From Candidatus Omnitrophota bacterium (GTDB lineage: Bacteria > Omnitrophota > Gorgyraeia > JABMRG01 > JAFGKX01): DNA of 64,000 nt. Of the stretch, positions 58,382 to 64,000 are shown piece by piece; position 1 is the first letter of the stretch, and every line of letters starts with the position of its first letter. The notes beneath the pieces were generated by a model. That model was not told the origin of the DNA and searched no databases. It was given only the letters and a program-made list of their open reading frames with translations. The translations under genes and the position numbers were made by a program. The stretch is taken from positions 68,071 through 132,070 of the forward strand of contig JAZDPX010000038.1 of assembly GCA_043797125.1 (NCBI GenBank), written 5' to 3'.

Positions 58382-60082
58382 CTACATCTTCTCAGGCACG
58401 GAAATGCCCAAAACCTCAAGCGCGTTTGATATTGTAGTCTTTATGCATTTAACCAAGAAAAGCCTTGTTTGCGTCAATTCATTATCTTCCGTGACAACTC
58501 TGTGAATTGAATAAAAACTGTGGAATAAAGCAGCCAATTGCAATAAATAATCCAGCACCCTGTAAGGCTCAAGCGTATTATATGCTGCATACAAAATATC
58601 CGGATATTCTCTTAGCTTCTTTAGAATATCCAGCTCTTCTTTTTCTTTTAGCAATTTAGGATCAGGTTTATTCGCTGCGCCGGATACAGCCTTTTTGCTG
58701 TGCTCCAGTATTCCGCATATCCTCGCGTGCGCATATTGTATATAATAAACAGGGTTCTCCAATGATTGCGATTTTGCCAGTTCAAGGTCAAAATCCAAAT
58801 GGCTGCTTATTTTTCGCATAAGAAAACAAACCTTTGCTACATCCGGGCCTACTTCATCAATCACTTCTCTAAGCGTTATAAACTCACCCGCCCTAGTAGA
58901 CATGCGAAGCGGTTTGCCTGCCTTGTAAATGGTTGCCAGCTGAACAATTAATATTGAAAGTGTGTGGTCTTTTTTTCCTAAAGCGCGCTGAGCAGCCTTC
59001 ATCCTCGGAATATACCCGTGATGATCAGGCCCCCAGATATCAATGAGCCAGTCAAAGCCCCTGTCGTATTTATCTTTATGATAGGCAATATCAGGGGTTA
59101 TATATGTATATGAGCCGTCGCTTTTTATAAGCACCCTGTCTTTATCATCAGCAAAATCAGTGCTCTTAAACCACGTAGCGCCTTCTTTTTCATAAGAAAG
59201 TCTGTTTTCTTTTAGGAATGAAAGTATTTTCTCGATCTTTCCTGATTTAGCCAATACCGCCTGTGATGCGTAGTTATCAAATACAACGCCTATATTGGAA
59301 AGGTCCTTTTTGATTGTGGCGAGTATGCAATTTATCCCGTAATCGCTGAAAAAAGTTTTTTCTTTCTCGTTATATGCCTTAAACTTATCGCCGTGTTTAT
59401 CATATATTTCCTTTGCAATATCTTTTATATAATCTCCTTTGTAACCGTCCTGCGGAAATTCGAAATGCAGGCCTGCCTGCCGGCAGGCAGGGCCTGCCAG
59501 CTCTGCATATCTCGCATATATGGAGGCGCCTAATAAATTAATCTGGTTTCCCTCGTCATTAAGATAATATTCCTTATAAACATTCCAGCCGAAAAATTCC
59601 AGGATATTGCTTAGGGCATTACCGACAACAGCCTGCCTTGCGTGCGCAACAGTCAAAGGCCCTGTTGGGTTTGCGCTTACAAATTCAATAATAGCCTTTT
59701 TCCCATTTACCGGCGCAAGGGGCCTGCCGAAGTTTTTTACCTCATGATCTATCCTGTGCAGTATTTCATAAAAAGCTCTATCTGACAGGAAAAAATTTAT
59801 AAATCCCGGCTGCTCGACTGAAATTTCTTTTACGTAATCGGATAAGGGGCTCTTAGAAATTCTTTTATTTAAATCTTCATGTATAAATGAAGCTATCGCG
59901 ATGGGCTTTGCGCCGCGGTTTGCCTTGCAAAGCTGCATTGCTATGTTTGTCGATAAATCACCGAATTTGGCAATTTGAGGAATTTCCAGTTCTGCAGCGG
60001 GAATTTCCTTAAAATTAAACTCTTTTGCGGCATTATCAACCGCCTGCTTAAGCAAACTTATAATTTCGTTATTGATATTCAT
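58382..60082 (-). CDS. argS: Arginine--tRNA ligase
   Basis: EFVSANPTGPLTVAH, DHHGY, RMSTRAG, NPVYYIQYAHARI. Confidence 0.98.
   Translation of the reverse strand: MNINNEIISLLKQAVDNAAKEFNFKEIPAAELEIPQIAKFGDLSTNIAMQLCKANRGAKPIAIASFIHEDLNKRISKSPLSDYVKEISVEQPGFINFFLSDRAFYEILHRIDHEVKNFGRPLAPVNGKKAIIEFVSANPTGPLTVAHARQAVVGNALSNILEFFGWNVYKEYYLNDEGNQINLLGASIYARYAELAGPACRQAGLHFEFPQDGYKGDYIKDIAKEIYDKHGDKFKAYNEKEKTFFSDYGINCILATIKKDLSNIGVVFDNYASQAVLAKSGKIEKILSFLKENRLSYEKEGATWFKSTDFADDKDRVLIKSDGSYTYITPDIAYHKDKYDRGFDWLIDIWGPDHHGYIPRMKAAQRALGKKDHTLSILIVQLATIYKAGKPLRMSTRAGEFITLREVIDEVGPDVAKVCFLMRKISSHLDFDLELAKSQSLENPVYYIQYAHARICGILEHSKKAVSGAANKPDPKLLKEKEELDILKKLREYPDILYAAYNTLEPYRVLDYLLQLAALFHSFYSIHRVVTEDNELTQTRLFLVKCIKTTISNALEVLGISVPEKM
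59472..59491. repeat. Perfect 20-nt palindrome inserted in frame in argS
   Basis: CCTGCCTGCCGGCAGGCAGG, encoding PACRQAG. Confidence 0.85.
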
Positions 60083-60097
60083 GGTTTTTGTAAAAAA

Positions 60098-60214
60098 AGA
60101 ACATCAGATTACAGATTATCAGAGCGAGATTATCAGAAAATCAGATTATCAGAATTGTCTAATACTCTGATAATCTAATGCTCTCGTTCCGATTCTCTGA
60201 TAATCTGATGTTCT
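60098..60214. repeat. Palindromic element made of CAGATTAT units
   Basis: Terminal inverted repeats AGAACATCAGATTA / TAATCTGATGTTCT; fills the rsfS-argS spacer. Confidence 0.75.
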
Positions 60215-60229
60215 AGCTTCCATATTCCA

Positions 60230-60610
60230 CTATTTATCCTTATCCTCAGCCGCTCTTATTCTTATTCTCTTTGCGTCGTTCCAAAGCCATTCGAGATTAT
60301 AAAAAGGCCTGACTTCTTCAAGAAAGATATGCACTATTATATCGCCGTAGTCCATCAATATCCATTTTGCCTCTTCTTCTCCTTCAATATGATGCGGCCT
60401 TATATTATCTTTCTTAAGGGCTTCATCAATCGCGTCGCTTATTGCCTTGGTCATCCTGCCGGAAGAGCAGCTGCATATCAGAAAATAATCGCAGAATGTA
60501 GAAACCTTGCGCACATCCAAGGCAACAACATCATATGCCTTTTTAGCCAGGGCTAAATCAGCAATGCGGAGAACAATTTCTCTGGAATTGGTCTTTTTAG
60601 CTTTTTTCAA
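60230..60610 (-). CDS. rsfS: Ribosome silencing factor
   Basis: KKAYDVVALD, DYFLICS, WILMDYGDIIVHIF, FYNLEWLW. Confidence 0.96.
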   Translation of the reverse strand: MKKAKKTNSREIVLRIADLALAKKAYDVVALDVRKVSTFCDYFLICSCSSGRMTKAISDAIDEALKKDNIRPHHIEGEEEAKWILMDYGDIIVHIFLEEVRPFYNLEWLWNDAKRIRIRAAEDKDK

Positions 60611-60657
60611 AAAGATTTATAGAGGCTATACTTTGAAATGCCTGTTTGTAAGGCCTA

Positions 60658-60804
60658 TTACTTGCTGCCCATAATCCTGAACATGCTTGTTCCGCAAGTT
60701 GAACATTTGCCCTTCATTGCCTTGCGCCCGTTTTTCATTGTTACTTCTTTTCCATCCTTCATGTCTTTCTTATCTTTGCACTTCACGCAATATGCATCTG
60801 CCAT
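60658..60804 (-). CDS. Small zinc-ribbon protein (DUF5679-like), 48 aa
   Basis: MADAYCVKCKDKKDMKDGKEVTMKNGRKAMKGKCSTCGTSMFRIMGSK; strong AAGGAGGT RBS; below the ORF-track size cutoff. Confidence 0.85.
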   Translation of the reverse strand: MADAYCVKCKDKKDMKDGKEVTMKNGRKAMKGKCSTCGTSMFRIMGSK

Positions 60805-60856
60805 ACAGCACCTCCTTTAAGGTCATATATATACTAATATATATAATATTTCATGC

Positions 60857-60885
60857 ATTCTATCATACGTTGCAAATGGAGTCAA
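60857..60885 (-). promoter_or_regulatory. Sigma70-type promoter
   Basis: TTGACT-N17-TAGAAT with extended TG. Confidence 0.55.
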
Positions 60886-60950
60886 TGTTTTTCGGAAGGA
60901 AAAGCATAGAGAGAGATTTTATTTTTCCCTATGCTTTATGCCCTATGCTA

Positions 60951-62729
60951 TTACGCTGCCGCATCTATTTCACGTAGCGTATTATAAACATGTATTTTTG
61001 TATTGTGTTCTGGAATAACATCAATAGGTTTTGGAGCAGCCACAATTTTCACCTTTGCATTAAATAGGCTAATTGCGTAGCCGATACGAATATTGTGCAA
61101 GAAAACACGACAATCATCTTTAAAAGTTAATTGACTAAGTCTTTTGCCTTCTAATATTCTGTGTGTGTGATTATCATCTTCGCTGCTACCGGTTTCAAAA
61201 ACTGTTACATTGCCTTCTTCATCCTCAGCAAATATTGCCCATCTTAATTCGGGCTTTATCAGCGAATCATTCTCTTCAGCAATTCCATCCAAACAATATC
61301 TTTTCTTTTCTGGGTCGTAGCCTATTACAAAATTAGTGTTGAGCTCAGGCAAGTAAAAAAGTGTGGGATAATCCGGCATTTCATCTTGTTTTTTGCCTAC
61401 AGCATAATTAGGTAAGTTCTTTGCCTGAGATCTTATGGCGGTTTTGATCTCATGTTCTAAAGAAAGGGAAGAAACTTTTGCCAACTGAGTTAATGTAAAA
61501 ATAATCGTCGATTCTGTTTTTAACTTAAAATTATTTTTTTTGGCTATTTTTGCTATATAATTCAATATGGGTAACTCGAATCCCCTAACCCCCGAATACT
61601 CCCCAAGGTCGAGCCTTATTGATAATGCCTTATCTGTTTCATTTATCTCTATAAGCACGGGGATGACCTGCTCCGGCTCATACTCCTTTGACTCCATGGC
61701 GATAGTTAATTCCAAAAGCGACTCAATCCGCTTTCCACAGAAATAAACGTCATATCCTATCAACCCTTCTTTAACATCAGGATATTCTTGCTTTCTAAGC
61801 TCGAACTCTTCTCCTTTTTTGGTGCTAAGTTTTACTGCCTCACTAAAATCTGCAATAATTTTTTCTATAGTCAGTATCTCCCAAAATCGCCTGTAAATAT
61901 TTTGCACTCCTAAATCGAGAATAACTTTATCCTTACTTTTTCCGCCAAGTCCGCCTCTTAATATATCGTTTAACTTATCCTTAAAAGCTGACAACTCCAT
62001 GCCCGGCTCGTATTGGACTGCCTTGAAACGCAGATTTAAAGCCCTTTTTACGTTCTCCTGCCTGTCATCGATAAACACGGACTCTTGCGCTTTTGCGCCC
62101 GCTTCAACAAGCGCTTTTGCGTATATTTTCTCATCGGGCTTGTTCGCTTTGGCCTCGCAGGAAAAGGTGCAGCTATCAGCCAACTCAAATATCTCTTTAA
62201 AAGCGACTTTTATATAATCGAGCGAGTCTTTATCCAGGTTTGAAATAATCCCTATTTTGTATCCCGCTTCTTTTAATTGCCTCATAATTTTTACCATTGG
62301 CCGGTTCATCCAGAATATCTTCGCAACATGTTCGTAAAATACATCATAACTAATAAGATCTTTTCGGTTCTCTATTCCTAAATCCTTAAGGCTTTGCTCG
62401 TAGAACTTTTTAAAGGTGACTTTACCTGCCAGATATTGCCAAAATAATCCCTCCTGGTGATATAAAACTTCATATAACCCAAACAGAATATCGTAAACCT
62501 CCTTCTCTGTTTTTTTGCAGCGTTCGGCAATCTTCTTTGATTGCGAAGTATGCATTCTATCAAAAAACAACAGCACGTTTCCAACATCAAAAAATACCGT
62601 TTTTATCTTAGACTCTGATGCAGGCATAAATGTATATTTGCTGACCTGTCGCGCCATGGGACGCAAGGCATAGCCTTGTTGTGGCATCGCCAATGTAATC
62701 GCTATTGTTATCGTTATTAGCTTTTTCAT
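60951..62729 (-). CDS. Exported protein (signal peptide + LRPM) with HAD-IA phosphatase domain and unknown C-terminal domain
   Basis: MKKLITITIAITLAMPQQGYALRPMAR; FFDVGNVL, ISN, KP, FIDD HAD motifs; ends IDAAA; start moved to ATG 62729. Confidence 0.82.
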   Translation of the reverse strand: MKKLITITIAITLAMPQQGYALRPMARQVSKYTFMPASESKIKTVFFDVGNVLLFFDRMHTSQSKKIAERCKKTEKEVYDILFGLYEVLYHQEGLFWQYLAGKVTFKKFYEQSLKDLGIENRKDLISYDVFYEHVAKIFWMNRPMVKIMRQLKEAGYKIGIISNLDKDSLDYIKVAFKEIFELADSCTFSCEAKANKPDEKIYAKALVEAGAKAQESVFIDDRQENVKRALNLRFKAVQYEPGMELSAFKDKLNDILRGGLGGKSKDKVILDLGVQNIYRRFWEILTIEKIIADFSEAVKLSTKKGEEFELRKQEYPDVKEGLIGYDVYFCGKRIESLLELTIAMESKEYEPEQVIPVLIEINETDKALSIRLDLGEYSGVRGFELPILNYIAKIAKKNNFKLKTESTIIFTLTQLAKVSSLSLEHEIKTAIRSQAKNLPNYAVGKKQDEMPDYPTLFYLPELNTNFVIGYDPEKKRYCLDGIAEENDSLIKPELRWAIFAEDEEGNVTVFETGSSEDDNHTHRILEGKRLSQLTFKDDCRVFLHNIRIGYAISLFNAKVKIVAAPKPIDVIPEHNTKIHVYNTLREIDAAA

Positions 62730-62736
62730 ATTTTTA

Positions 62737-63864
62737 CTACGCGCTGGCCTCCACGGGGACAGGTTCCCGAATAGCATAGGGACAGGTTAGCGAAGCATCT
62801 GGTAAACGGTACGGTTTTCCGCTGAACGAAACTATTTTTGTTGCAGGTTTAGGTTTTACCAGCGCTTCTATACTCGTATTGTCTATCTCCAGCGCATACC
62901 CGGTAAATTCGCCGTTTATAGAAAATGTCCCGTTTGTGCTAAATTTAAAAGCCCTAAGATATTTCCCCCTAAATACGTGGCGTTGATAACCGGTTATATC
63001 TTTTCCGCCGACATCATGCACAACGATATTTCCATACTCATCTTCAATAAAAGTCATCCATGACGTATTATACCCCGAAACGTTTAGTGTGTAATATACA
63101 TTTAGCTCCTTATTATATCCCAACAATGTCGCGCTTTTTGCGGTTGTTACAAAAACAAGCTTTGCGCTTTTTAGGTTGTTGTGCCCCATGCCTCTCTTAA
63201 TCAGCCTAAGATTATCTGTATTATGTTGGGCATTTGATGTTATCTTTTCTTTAATTGCCCCATCTAAATCAAAGTCTGAAACCAGCGAAAGATAGCGCAA
63301 GGTCTGTATCTGCGTTCCGCGTGTGTGCAACCGCAGTTTATGCTGATATGCTTTATCCGCAAAATAAGCAAGTATCGGAAATTCCAGGCCAGCCCACCAC
63401 CTGTACTGGCCCAAATCCAGCCTTTCTATTGTCAACTTTGAGGCACCTATGTTTATTGTTATATATACAGGCCCGGGGTGTACGGGCTTTCCAGATACGA
63501 TAAAAAGCCCTTTGGTTTTCTGCCAGCAGATAGATCTTATTATCTCGTCATTGAAATAAATATCGTAACCAACCTGATTATTATTAAAAAATGAGTCATT
63601 CTGCTTTTTAAGGATTATTTTCCGGTTGTTCTCTGTAAACAAAGTTATTTCTCGCGGAAAAGTCGCGATGATGTCTTCCGGGAGCACCAGTTTGTAGGGT
63701 TCGATGACGCGTGTATCAAAATCATGCCCAGGAAAAACTCCCTCCGACATTGGCCGGAGTGTATTGCAGTGTAAACTGCGTGTGAAATCTAAAGCATAGG
63801 ACGAAAGCTGTACTCCGAACAAGACTGACATAGTCATATTTATAATAATAACTATTTTTTTCAT
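62737..63864 (-). CDS. Exported hypothetical protein (signal peptide + LRPM), paralogous to the C-terminal domain of its neighbour
   Basis: MKKIVIII...SYA...NTLRPMSEG; shares GYDxYF, RLDLGxY, PILxY, EDExGN, GYA and PKP with 60951..62729; ends VEASA. Confidence 0.78.
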   Translation of the reverse strand: MKKIVIIINMTMSVLFGVQLSSYALDFTRSLHCNTLRPMSEGVFPGHDFDTRVIEPYKLVLPEDIIATFPREITLFTENNRKIILKKQNDSFFNNNQVGYDIYFNDEIIRSICWQKTKGLFIVSGKPVHPGPVYITINIGASKLTIERLDLGQYRWWAGLEFPILAYFADKAYQHKLRLHTRGTQIQTLRYLSLVSDFDLDGAIKEKITSNAQHNTDNLRLIKRGMGHNNLKSAKLVFVTTAKSATLLGYNKELNVYYTLNVSGYNTSWMTFIEDEYGNIVVHDVGGKDITGYQRHVFRGKYLRAFKFSTNGTFSINGEFTGYALEIDNTSIEALVKPKPATKIVSFSGKPYRLPDASLTCPYAIREPVPVEASA

Positions 63865-63913
63865 AAATAGTGTTCATTAAATACTTTAATATATTGTTAT
63901 AAAAGATATAAAT

Positions 63914-63941
63914 ATTATACCATAAAAAAAGGTTCTGTCCA
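63914..63941 (-). promoter_or_regulatory. Sigma70-type promoter
   Basis: TGGACA-N16-TATAAT with extended TG. Confidence 0.45.
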
Positions 63942-64000
63942 GCCTTTTTTTGAGGCAAATCAAAACACCTTCCTCTTGTCCTCCACACTCTTCGCAATCC

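Noticed and set aside
36556-60214. Periodic repeats at 36556, 46367, 56312 and 60098 as CRISPR arrays
   Set aside because: Units are 7-9 nt without unique spacers, and there are no cas genes
208-63503. The many plus-strand ORFs in the track (e.g. 9293..9985, 31405..32478, 39366..40133, 56741..57418)
   Set aside because: They are antisense shadows of well-supported minus-strand genes and show no recognisable motifs
63722-63997. ORF 63722..63997 (-)
   Set aside because: It overlaps the promoter and start of 62737..63864 in another frame and has no recognisable features

Overview
Bacterial chromosomal segment in which every supported gene lies on the minus strand. Most of it is core housekeeping: nnrD-acpS-pdxJ-glmM-cdaR-cdaA-folP-ftsH-tilS; hppA; a Wood-Ljungdahl methyl-branch cluster (fhs-fchA-folD-metV-metF ... 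acsE) interleaved with panB/panE and an HD-GYP gene; rnhB-rplS-trmD-rpsP; murA-prmC-prfA-rpmE-rho-coaE-polA; tsaD-ctpA-gatCAB-rsmA-pdxA-surA-prsA-mfd-argS-rsfS. There are two tRNA genes (Thr-TGT, Met-CAT) and a HepT/MntA toxin-antitoxin pair. The gene content suggests Candidatus Omnitrophota or a related PVC lineage (inference only). The strongest candidate for an undescribed system is a family of five accessory exported proteins at three loci. Each has a signal peptide followed by an 'LRP-M / LRAQSL' motif, the four with an intact end finish in a short non-polar tail ending in Ala, and their cargo varies (zincin plus M29 aminopeptidase, beta-propellers, HAD phosphatase, a GNAT-like domain). 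The 2001-aa member is divided into modules by a recurring Y-[AT]-[NS]-[GD]-N-[AP]-x-[TN]-D linker, which suggests a processed polyprotein or shuffled cassettes. Other oddities are a bactofilin-HTH fusion next to a membrane-anchored HTH protein, a minimal Mfd, a toxin gene overlapping tRNA-Met, and many short palindromic or heptamer repeats, several of them translated inside core genes. All calls come from reading the sequence and ORF track; no searches were run.
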